A stretch of DNA of 64,000 nt from a virus (lineage: Duplodnaviria; Caudoviricetes), in IMG/VR virus record IMGVR_UViG_3300025735_000007, positions 42,296 through 106,295 of that record; one strand, written 5' to 3'. Each line of letters starts with the position of its first letter. Position 1 is the first letter of the stretch. The position numbers were made by a program, and so were the translations under genes. This document shows positions 57,051 through 64,000 of the stretch, in pieces. A model generated the notes under the pieces. The model had not been told where the DNA came from. It saw only the letters and a program-made list of their open reading frames with translations, and did not search any database.

Positions 57051-57677
57051 ATGTCGAACAGCGTTAAGCTCAGCAATGATTCCCGCGACCAAATCATCAA
57101 GAACGCAATGCATGGTGCGTTCGAGGCTGACTTCAAGGCGATCAACAAGCGCCTGTCCGAGCTTGCCATGAAGTGCTACCGCACGGTCGTGTTGGAGGAG
57201 GACGAAAAGAAAGCGCGCAAGGCGCCGGCCGAATTCCTCTCGCTGACGAACTCCGTGTCGTTGCAATTTCATGACCCGGAAACGCATCGTCGCGTCTCGA
57301 CGGAGAGCAACATCGAAATCCCCAAATCGATGCCCTTCCGCTCCAACTCCTCCTGCGGCCACGTTAAGGTCGAGGACAGCGCCCTGTATGCAGCCTACAA
57401 GCAGATCGACGCTGATCGCTGCACGCTGCACGAGAAACGCGGAGCGCTGCGTGACTCCATCAAGCGCACGGTCTACTCCACGACGTCGCTGAAAAAGCTG
57501 ATCGAAATGTGGCCCGAGGTCGAAGGCTTCCTGCCGGCCGACATGACCGCGCCCAAGCCGCAACTGCCGGCGCTGCCCGTCGCCGATCTGAACGAGGCAC
57601 TGAAGGCTGCCGGCATCAAGGTGGGCGTGATCGTCAAGCCGAAGGCAACAGGCGGCCTCGTAGCCGTTGCAGCATGA
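57051..57677 (+). CDS. Nmad5-like (nucleotide modification associated domain 5) protein
   Basis: KL....RDQI N-terminus, TT.LKKLIEMWPE..GFLP. Confidence 0.65.
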   Translation: MSNSVKLSNDSRDQIIKNAMHGAFEADFKAINKRLSELAMKCYRTVVLEEDEKKARKAPAEFLSLTNSVSLQFHDPETHRRVSTESNIEIPKSMPFRSNSSCGHVKVEDSALYAAYKQIDADRCTLHEKRGALRDSIKRTVYSTTSLKKLIEMWPEVEGFLPADMTAPKPQLPALPVADLNEALKAAGIKVGVIVKPKATGGLVAVAA

Positions 57678-58138
57678 GCCCCGAACAGCTCGCCACGCTC
57701 GCGGCGCTTGAAAGCGAACACCCGGGCATCCGCGAGGAGCTCGAGCGCAAGGTCGTGGACGAGATCGAGCGCCTTGTCCTCGCGGTGCGCGGCGGCAAGA
57801 TCACCAGCTACGCCTATCACCAGGCCATCGACGGGCTCTGGGGCGGTGTGGCGGGCCTCGTGAGCCGCGAGTCGATGGAGATAATCACCGCTGCCAAGAA
57901 GGAGTTCGCGGGCGGTCTGAGTGAAACCATGCGCTCGATGACGGTGATCGGCGAGGTCGTCGCCGTCGTGCGCTGGCTGGTCGGCGGTGATGTGGTCGAA
58001 ACCGTGCTGAAGAAGCCGGGCGCCGCGCTGGTGTCCAAAGAGACACGCGTCAAAGACGGATCGTCGGCGAGCGCGCTGCGGGTCTATCTGACCACGGTGA
58101 AGAAGTTCCGCGACATGCCGGGCGCACTCGCGATCTGA
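57674..58138 (+). CDS. Hypothetical protein
   Basis: ATGA coupling. Confidence 0.6.
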   Translation: MSPEQLATLAALESEHPGIREELERKVVDEIERLVLAVRGGKITSYAYHQAIDGLWGGVAGLVSRESMEIITAAKKEFAGGLSETMRSMTVIGEVVAVVRWLVGGDVVETVLKKPGAALVSKETRVKDGSSASALRVYLTTVKKFRDMPGALAI

Positions 58139-58165
58139 TCCAAGTTTCGTTCGTTACTATACTGA

Positions 58166-58183
58166 TAAGTCATGAATGACTTA
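58166..58183. promoter_or_regulatory. Palindromic operator (perfect copy) after TATACT
   Basis: TAAGTCA-TGAA-TGACTTA. Confidence 0.8.
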
Positions 58184-58196
58184 CAAATGAGGGAAC

Positions 58197-58664
58197 ATGA
58201 GCACAACCATTTCGGCAATTCGTCTTGACGTCGCCAACCTCGTCGCCCGCGCGCAAGAGATCCAACTGGTGCGCGACGAAGACATGCTCTTCACGATCCT
58301 GGGTGAGCTCCAGAACCGCACCGACGAGCAGAAGAAGGCGATCTTCGCGCAGTCCCGCAAGGGCGGCGGCGTCTTCCTGTTCGAGAGCAAGAATTTCCCG
58401 GGCTTCATCGCTGAATACATTCCCGGCGTGATGCAGACGGACAGCATTTCGTGCCTGTTCAAGCCGCATCCGATCCTCGCCGAAGCACGCACGCTGCTCG
58501 CATTCCGCGAAGAGCTCGTGTCCGAGATCGAGCGCGTGAACGGCGCGGCACCGGGTTCGCTGCGCAAGATGGACCCCGCGCGCCACCGCGACGTGCTGCT
58601 GATCGAATTGTCCACGCTGCAGCTCGCCGACACGCTCCGCGAGACGGGCCGCGTCAAGCTGTAA
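58197..58664 (+). CDS. Hypothetical protein
   Basis: GAGG RBS; preceded by promoter and palindrome. Confidence 0.7.
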   Translation: MSTTISAIRLDVANLVARAQEIQLVRDEDMLFTILGELQNRTDEQKKAIFAQSRKGGGVFLFESKNFPGFIAEYIPGVMQTDSISCLFKPHPILAEARTLLAFREELVSEIERVNGAAPGSLRKMDPARHRDVLLIELSTLQLADTLRETGRVKL

Positions 58665-58734
58665 AGCCGCCCCATAAACCCGGAAATCCCCGCCAGCGGG
58701 GAGACGATTTTTCACTACCTATAAGGATCTATCC

Positions 58735-59181
58735 ATGTCCGCACTCAAACGCATCGTCATCGCCTCCTACGAAACCACCGACGGCAAGACCTTCTCCGAC
58801 AAGGGCGAAGCCGCCAAGCACCAGGCGCACCTGAACCGCATCAAGAACATCGCCGTGCTGGTGAAGTCGGGCTTGGCGACCAACGCCACCGAGCCGACCG
58901 ACGAGCTCGCATTGGAAGTCGCGCAGTTCATCGTCGACAACGCGGACGCGCTGCGCGAGATCCTCCCGAAGCGCGCGAAGCCCGTCACACCGGCATCGCA
59001 AACGGGTCTGGTCGGCGAGCAGCCGCCCCTGAACGCGATTGGCGAACTTGCCGCAGCAAGCGTGGGCTTGCTGCAGGTTCCGGTTGCAGGCGGCGTGACC
59101 GCTGTCGATGCGGCCGCTTTCCAGATGCCCGCGGGCCTGGTCGCGAACGTGGCGAACCAGCAAGCGCTCGCCAACCCGTAA
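58735..59181 (+). CDS. Hypothetical protein
   Basis: AAGGA RBS; YETTDGKTF..K.EA motif common in phage proteins. Confidence 0.7.
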   Translation: MSALKRIVIASYETTDGKTFSDKGEAAKHQAHLNRIKNIAVLVKSGLATNATEPTDELALEVAQFIVDNADALREILPKRAKPVTPASQTGLVGEQPPLNAIGELAAASVGLLQVPVAGGVTAVDAAAFQMPAGLVANVANQQALANP

Positions 59182-59256
59182 CACCTACTGCATCCGACCG
59201 GGCGCCAATGCCCGGTCGGGAGAATGACCGAATCGCAATTTCATCGGGACCAACCC

Positions 59257-59532
59257 ATGAACCGCTATGCAGCCACAAAACGCGGGTGGAGCAACAAGGG
59301 CGTTATCCGGCGGGAAACCGAATACACGCGCCGAACCAATTTACCGTGCCGCCAGAACGCGCACTGGAATGAACGTGAGGACTATGACCTGTGCGAAGCC
59401 TTTACCAAGGGCGTATCGGTCAGTCGCCTTGCTGAGCGCCACGGGCGCACCCGCACCGCAATCTTGATGCGTATCGATCGCTCGCTCGACGGCGCAACCC
59501 GTTACATGACCAGTCCTACAGGTGAAAAATGA
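59257..59532 (+). CDS. Small Myb/HTH-like protein
   Basis: W...ED..L...F..G.S...LA..HGRT..AI..R. Confidence 0.6.
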   Translation: MNRYAATKRGWSNKGVIRRETEYTRRTNLPCRQNAHWNEREDYDLCEAFTKGVSVSRLAERHGRTRTAILMRIDRSLDGATRYMTSPTGEK

Positions 59533-59951
59533 CCACACCGAACTTCGAACTTCTGAAAGACGCATATGCCATCATCGAAGGGATTCCCGAAGGGAACTTC
59601 CATCTGGATACTTGGCGCACAAGGGATGAGGGCGCATCGTGCGGCACAATCGCCTGCGCAGGTGGCTGGCTGACGCTGCACCCGAAGTTCCGTGAACTGG
59701 GGCTCGGGGTCGATTCTTATGACTTTCCGAATCGGTTCAACAACTTCCCGACATTCAACGGCGAAACGCATAACAAGGCGCTCGCAAGATTTTTCGGCAT
59801 CACTGAAAGCGATGCGGACGACCTCTTCCGCCAGCGCACTCGTTACGAACGCGAGGGCACCGACAAGGAGCTCTTTCTGCGCCGCCTGCGCAGCTTCCTC
59901 GCAAAGCGCGGTCAGCTGAAGGAGCAACTCGAAGCGGCCGGTGCGGCATGA
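59529..59951 (+). CDS. Hypothetical protein
   Basis: CGTIACAGGW motif; ATGA coupling. Confidence 0.7.
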   Translation: MTTPNFELLKDAYAIIEGIPEGNFHLDTWRTRDEGASCGTIACAGGWLTLHPKFRELGLGVDSYDFPNRFNNFPTFNGETHNKALARFFGITESDADDLFRQRTRYEREGTDKELFLRRLRSFLAKRGQLKEQLEAAGAA

Positions 59952-60406
59952 GCCGCCTGCACATTCCCCGCCTGGGCACCGAGATCGTTCTCGCAGCAGA
60001 CTGGACATTCCCGCTGTTTGACGAGCATCGCAACAGCGGCCTGCTGAGCGCGGTCGGCATCACCGTCCCGTATCGCCTCCTGCCTGACTTCTGGAGCGTC
60101 AGGCAGGAGGAGCGCATCAACGCGGTCAGCCGCAGTAAATGGCGCATGGGCGATGGCACGCTCCCGGAACAATCGCATGACTACCATCACCTATGCCACC
60201 CGGTGACGATTCCGCGCCTTGCCACGCTGAGCATCGACCGGATCTTCATTCGCAAGGGCGCATCGGACTTCGACAGTGTGACGTTCTGGCTGAAGGCGAA
60301 ACAGAACCCGGTCACGATCAACGGGCGCCAGCTGAAAAAGAGCCTGCGTTTCTGGGCCAAGCTGGATGACGTGAACCGCATCGAGGTCTCGGACCCGACG
60401 CCATAG
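59948..60406 (+). CDS. Hypothetical protein
   Basis: LAADWTF, IDRIFIRKG, RFWAKLDDVN. Confidence 0.7.
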   Translation: MSRLHIPRLGTEIVLAADWTFPLFDEHRNSGLLSAVGITVPYRLLPDFWSVRQEERINAVSRSKWRMGDGTLPEQSHDYHHLCHPVTIPRLATLSIDRIFIRKGASDFDSVTFWLKAKQNPVTINGRQLKKSLRFWAKLDDVNRIEVSDPTP

Positions 60407-60408
60407 GG

Positions 60409-60933
60409 TTAGAAGTGGATGCCAAAGTTTTTGAGGAATGCTTCGACGGCGCGCCGGGGATTCACAATCGGCCCGCCAAGGTCGCTTGTTGGCCCAATAC
60501 CTATCCCGTTGAGAATGCCGTCTCGAAGCTGGTTCAATGCGCTGTTCGGGCCGCCGAGTGGTTTACCGCCGAGAATCTCACCGACGTCGATATGGCTCAT
60601 GTGTCTTGGCAGGAGGTCCGAAATACCAAGTGTTAGACCGGAGACGGTGAAATCGGTGATCGTTTGCAGGAAGTCAACGGTGCCCTGGCAGTCGCTATCT
60701 ACTTTGTCGTTTACTTCCTGCGTTTGGTCTGCCTTCATCTGGTTGAGGTCGGCGACGTAGGCTACGAGGTCGATCGTCCGATCGGACTGCGCGTCGTAAT
60801 ACTGTGTCGGATCAAGGGGCGGGTTTCTTGCCCGCATATGCGCGATGATCGTCACCGCATCGTTAATGAGAGGATCAAGCGCCTCATTCACTGTGTCGAT
60901 ACCTTTATTCCTCGCGTCGTCGCAAATGCCCAT
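60409..60933 (-). CDS. Antisense hypothetical protein (moron)
   Basis: GGAG RBS on minus strand; 174 aa; own AT-rich upstream region. Confidence 0.65.
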   Translation of the reverse strand: MGICDDARNKGIDTVNEALDPLINDAVTIIAHMRARNPPLDPTQYYDAQSDRTIDLVAYVADLNQMKADQTQEVNDKVDSDCQGTVDFLQTITDFTVSGLTLGISDLLPRHMSHIDVGEILGGKPLGGPNSALNQLRDGILNGIGIGPTSDLGGPIVNPRRAVEAFLKNFGIHF

Positions 60934-61136
60934 TTCAGTCTCCGGTTTGAATACATGTCTCTGTCAAGTCCGACGTGCAGAAAATAAGCGCGCGGTAATC
61001 CTAATTTGTAGGACAGCTGTTTGAATTTAGCAAGGCAACAGACGGGTGACTAATGAGCGCTACCGCACAGACGTCGTGCCTCTTGTGTCGACGCGTATCG
61101 GTCCAGCGTTACGCCAAACAATCGCAGCTATTGTGA

Positions 61137-61154
61137 TAAGTAACAAGAAACTTA
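61137..61154. promoter_or_regulatory. Palindromic operator upstream of dnaQ-like gene
   Basis: TAAGTAA-CAAG-AAACTTA. Confidence 0.62.
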
Positions 61155-61170
61155 CTCGTATGGGGTGAAT

Positions 61171-61752
61171 ATGACAATTATCGTGGGCCTCGACCTCGAA
61201 ACGACCGGCCTCGACCAGAGCGCGGGCCACCGCATCATCGAAGTGGCTGCGACGCTCCATGAGCTCGAAACCGAGCGCTTCATGGGCAAATACGTCCAGC
61301 GCATCAACCCGCAACGCCCCATCGACCCGGACGCCCAGCGCGTGCACGGGATCACGTTCGACATGCTCGCCGCAGAGCCGACGTGGGAGCAGGTCGCACC
61401 CAACGTGCACCGCGTGCTGACCGCGGCGCAGTTCATGGCGGGGCACAACGTGATCGGTTTCGACTGGCCGTTCCTCGCGGGCGAGTTCCAGCGCATCGGC
61501 ATGGCGGTGCCCCAGGTGGAGCTGATCGACACGATGGTCGAGGCGCGCTGGGCGACGCCGCTGGGCAAGCTGCCGAACCTCGGCGAGCTGTGCTTCGCCT
61601 GCGGCATCGACTACAACCCGGCGCTCGCACACGCGGCGGAATACGACATCACCGTCAACATGCAGGCTTACTTCGCCGCGCGCCGCATGGGCTTTTTCGG
61701 CCCGAAGATCGTGCAGCCGGTGCCTGCAGTCCTGGAGGCAATCGCAGCATGA
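61171..61752 (+). CDS. DEDDh 3'-5' exonuclease (DnaQ/epsilon-like)
   Basis: LDLETTGL, HN..FD, IDT, HAAEYD. Confidence 0.92.
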   Translation: MTIIVGLDLETTGLDQSAGHRIIEVAATLHELETERFMGKYVQRINPQRPIDPDAQRVHGITFDMLAAEPTWEQVAPNVHRVLTAAQFMAGHNVIGFDWPFLAGEFQRIGMAVPQVELIDTMVEARWATPLGKLPNLGELCFACGIDYNPALAHAAEYDITVNMQAYFAARRMGFFGPKIVQPVPAVLEAIAA

Positions 61753-61949
61753 CCGACCGCGTAAACGCACTGACCGTTGTCCTGCGTGCGGACGTTCGTG
61801 AAGACGACGTTAAGCCGCTCCTCGACGCCATCAGCCTTCTGGAGGGCGTGCTTGAAGTGGTCCCGCAAGTCACCAGCCCGCAGTCCTACGTTGCTGAGCG
61901 CCGGGTGCGCGCTGAGCTCCGCGATCACATCATGGGGTGTCTCGTATGA
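61749..61949 (+). CDS. Hypothetical protein
   Basis: ATGA coupling. Confidence 0.6.
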   Translation: MTDRVNALTVVLRADVREDDVKPLLDAISLLEGVLEVVPQVTSPQSYVAERRVRAELRDHIMGCLV

Positions 61950-62332
61950 GCGCGATCAAGCATCCGTGCTTCGTGAACACGGAACGAATGGGGGCGCTGA
62001 CACTCGCCGCATTCACGGTTCCGAAGCGTCCCGTTAGCGGGGCAGCTGCTGCGTTCGATCGGGCGGCCCGTGCACTTGTGGCGAAGTTCAATGCGGACCT
62101 CGAGCAGATCGAAGGCTTGCAGGACCATCGCGACTTCGGTGGCGGCGTATCTCGCCCGTATGTCCACCATATCTGCGCGCGGCCGGCCGCCGAGCGCTTC
62201 ACCGATGAAGAGATCGCGGCGATGCGCGCGGCGGTCCTCGAGGCGTTCCCGGGCGCAACACTCGCTGACGAATGGCATAACCAGAGCAACGGTTGGCCCG
62301 GCTACAGCATTCGCTTCAGGGAGCCGTCATGA
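61946..62332 (+). CDS. Hypothetical protein
   Basis: ATGA coupling. Confidence 0.55.
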   Translation: MSAIKHPCFVNTERMGALTLAAFTVPKRPVSGAAAAFDRAARALVAKFNADLEQIEGLQDHRDFGGGVSRPYVHHICARPAAERFTDEEIAAMRAAVLEAFPGATLADEWHNQSNGWPGYSIRFREPS

Positions 62333-62898
62333 GCCCAATTGCGTTTGCCGAAATGCTCGCGCCGAATGCCGTAGAGCGTCCGAAGTCAAACCGCGTCACG
62401 GTCAACGTGTGGGGTGACGACGAGGGCCAGGTAACCAACGTCGCGCGCGCCGTGCGTTTCGGGGTGAGCGTGCTTGGCGCAACGACCGAAGCGGTCAACG
62501 TCCCGGCTGAGACTGCTGAATCGGGCCGCCTGGACAAGATGCAGGGCGTCACCGTGCGCGTCGAGGCGTGCAACGACTTTACGACGCGCCCATGGCCGCA
62601 CGACGGCGAGGTGTTCGATGCGTTCTTCGCAGTCGTGCCGGCAGCCGAGAATGAGCACGGCGTCGACGTGCACTGGATTGATCCGCACGAGTCTGTGCAG
62701 TCAGTCATGGAAGGCTATGGCCGCATGGGCGTTGTGACGGACGAAATGTTCGACCTGTCGGATCAGGGTCTTCTGGAGAAGGTCGGCGTGCACCGCGTGC
62801 GCGTGCAGTTCTGGTTCGACGACCGCGAGGATCATGAAGGGAACCGGGACTGTGAATACGGCTTCAGCATCCTGTCGGTCGAGGAGGTGATGTCGTGA
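62329..62898 (+). CDS. Hypothetical protein
   Basis: GGAG RBS, ATGA coupling. Confidence 0.55.
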   Translation: MSPIAFAEMLAPNAVERPKSNRVTVNVWGDDEGQVTNVARAVRFGVSVLGATTEAVNVPAETAESGRLDKMQGVTVRVEACNDFTTRPWPHDGEVFDAFFAVVPAAENEHGVDVHWIDPHESVQSVMEGYGRMGVVTDEMFDLSDQGLLEKVGVHRVRVQFWFDDREDHEGNRDCEYGFSILSVEEVMS

Positions 62899-63494
62899 AT
62901 CGCAACTCGTTCTTTCAGATGCTCAAGGAACTCAACCCGCAAGAGATCGCCGCGCACTCGGTGCTGAATCACCACGTCGAAGGCATGAACTACCTGTGCC
63001 TGCACCGCTCGCCAAAGCTCACGGTCAAGCTGTATTTCATCGACCCGGCGCGCATCGACAAGACGCCTGGATCGATGCTAGTGACGCCGCACACGCACCG
63101 TTATGCGTTCGAAAGCACTGTGCTCACGGGACAGCTCATTCACGAGACATTCAGGGAAGGCGTCGACTCGGATCATGATCGGTTCGTCTATGCACCCGAA
63201 ACGAAGATGCGCTTAGGCACGGGCTCAGTCGGGCTGTGGCAGCGCAGTGTCAATACGCACATCGCGAGGACAAACACCGATTCGTATTGGGTTGACACAG
63301 ACGAGATCCACAACCTGATCGTGCCTGACCGCCCTGTGTTGCTCGGACTCGTGCAGTTTGCCGACGTGCTGCCGACATCGACGGTTTATCTTCGAAAGGG
63401 CACCGAAATGGTGTTCCCGCAGTCCCGAGAAACAAGCCCGGTCGAGGCGTGGGCACTGCGCAACCAGGCACTAAAGATGATGGAGGTGGCGTGA
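62895..63494 (+). CDS. Cupin-fold (dioxygenase-like) protein
   Basis: PHTHRYAFESTVLTG and EIH metal-binding cupin motifs. Confidence 0.65.
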   Translation: MNRNSFFQMLKELNPQEIAAHSVLNHHVEGMNYLCLHRSPKLTVKLYFIDPARIDKTPGSMLVTPHTHRYAFESTVLTGQLIHETFREGVDSDHDRFVYAPETKMRLGTGSVGLWQRSVNTHIARTNTDSYWVDTDEIHNLIVPDRPVLLGLVQFADVLPTSTVYLRKGTEMVFPQSRETSPVEAWALRNQALKMMEVA

Positions 63495-63805
63495 TGTCCG
63501 AGCACACGAAAGGGCCTCTCTTGCTGGGTAAAAAGGGCATGGGTGTCATCAAGGGTGGCCCGATGCACGAATACACCAATGGATCAGCGCAGTCGCAGCT
63601 GTTCCTCGCAATGGTCGGACAGGACATGTCCGATCAGGAGCGCGACGCGAACGCCGAGCACCTGATCAACTGCTGGAACAGCCACTACGACCTCATGGCG
63701 GCGCTTCAGCGCTATCTGAACTGCGACCCGTCGCGGGACGCTGGCGGCGATACACCGGCTGCGCAGGCGCGTGCCGCGTTCGCAAAGGCAGGCGCCGCAT
63801 GCTAG
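63494..63805 (+). CDS. Hypothetical protein
   Basis: EHTKGP...ANA..I...WN...L..AL...ARAA.AKA phage family pattern. Confidence 0.7.
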   Translation: MSEHTKGPLLLGKKGMGVIKGGPMHEYTNGSAQSQLFLAMVGQDMSDQERDANAEHLINCWNSHYDLMAALQRYLNCDPSRDAGGDTPAAQARAAFAKAGAAC

Positions 63806-64000
63806 TCACCGTCATCGCCGACGCCTCGTTCGACCCTGCGACCGGCGCGGGCGGCTACGGCTACTGGGCCGTTTCTGAGCGCGGTCGTCAGTCGGGTGGT
63901 GGCCCGTTCAAGTCGGCATCGCGCAACAACAACGTCACCGAAATGATGGCGATCGTCAACGGCGTGCACATGGCATTTGCGAATGGCGTCGCGCTCGATG
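63799..64000 (+). CDS. RNase HI-like protein (partial, runs off right edge)
   Basis: VIADASF....GAGGYG...NNVTEMMAI. Confidence 0.75.
   Translation, partial: MLVTVIADASFDPATGAGGYGYWAVSERGRQSGGGPFKSASRNNNVTEMMAIVNGVHMAFANGVALD

Noticed and set aside
1-64000. tRNA/rRNA genes, IS elements, plasmid rep/par genes, LexA boxes
   Set aside because: None recognised by eye; plasmid status therefore rests on gene-content resemblance and the unrecombined attP only

Overview
The whole window is one stretch of a large, GC-rich temperate siphophage. Its gene set resembles SSU5/pHCM2-type phage-plasmids, and the host is probably a Burkholderiaceae member (inferred from the aat fragment and small accessory genes). 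Left to right it contains: (1) lambda-like tail-tip genes, a long Stf-like tail fibre and chaperones (1-13.8 kb); (2) a lysis cassette with an embedded o-spanin; (3) PhoH, an Hfq-like protein, DnaB helicase, primase and ATP-dependent ligase; (4) an accessory island with a DnaA-box triad and SRAP; (5) an apparently unrecombined attP carrying a replacement 3' end of the host aat gene, next to a tyrosine integrase and an XRE repressor; (6) a CobT/CobS-like vWA-MoxR pair and a sigma-like factor; (7) a DnaE polymerase fused to a family-4 UDG-like domain and a T4-like recombination set (UvsY-like, gp32-like SSB, 5'-3' exonuclease, RecA, SbcCD, RuvC); (8) a PIN moron, NrdAB, a candidate structured RNA, ThyX-like, NTP-PPase, kinase and Nmad5 genes; (9) DnaQ and a partial RNase H. 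About 18 copies of an 18-bp palindrome, TAAGT(C/A)A-N4-T(G/T)ACT(T/A)(A/T), mostly sit at gene starts and often overlap -10 hexamers, which suggests a genome-wide regulon. All functional calls come from recognising motifs by eye; no database searches were run.
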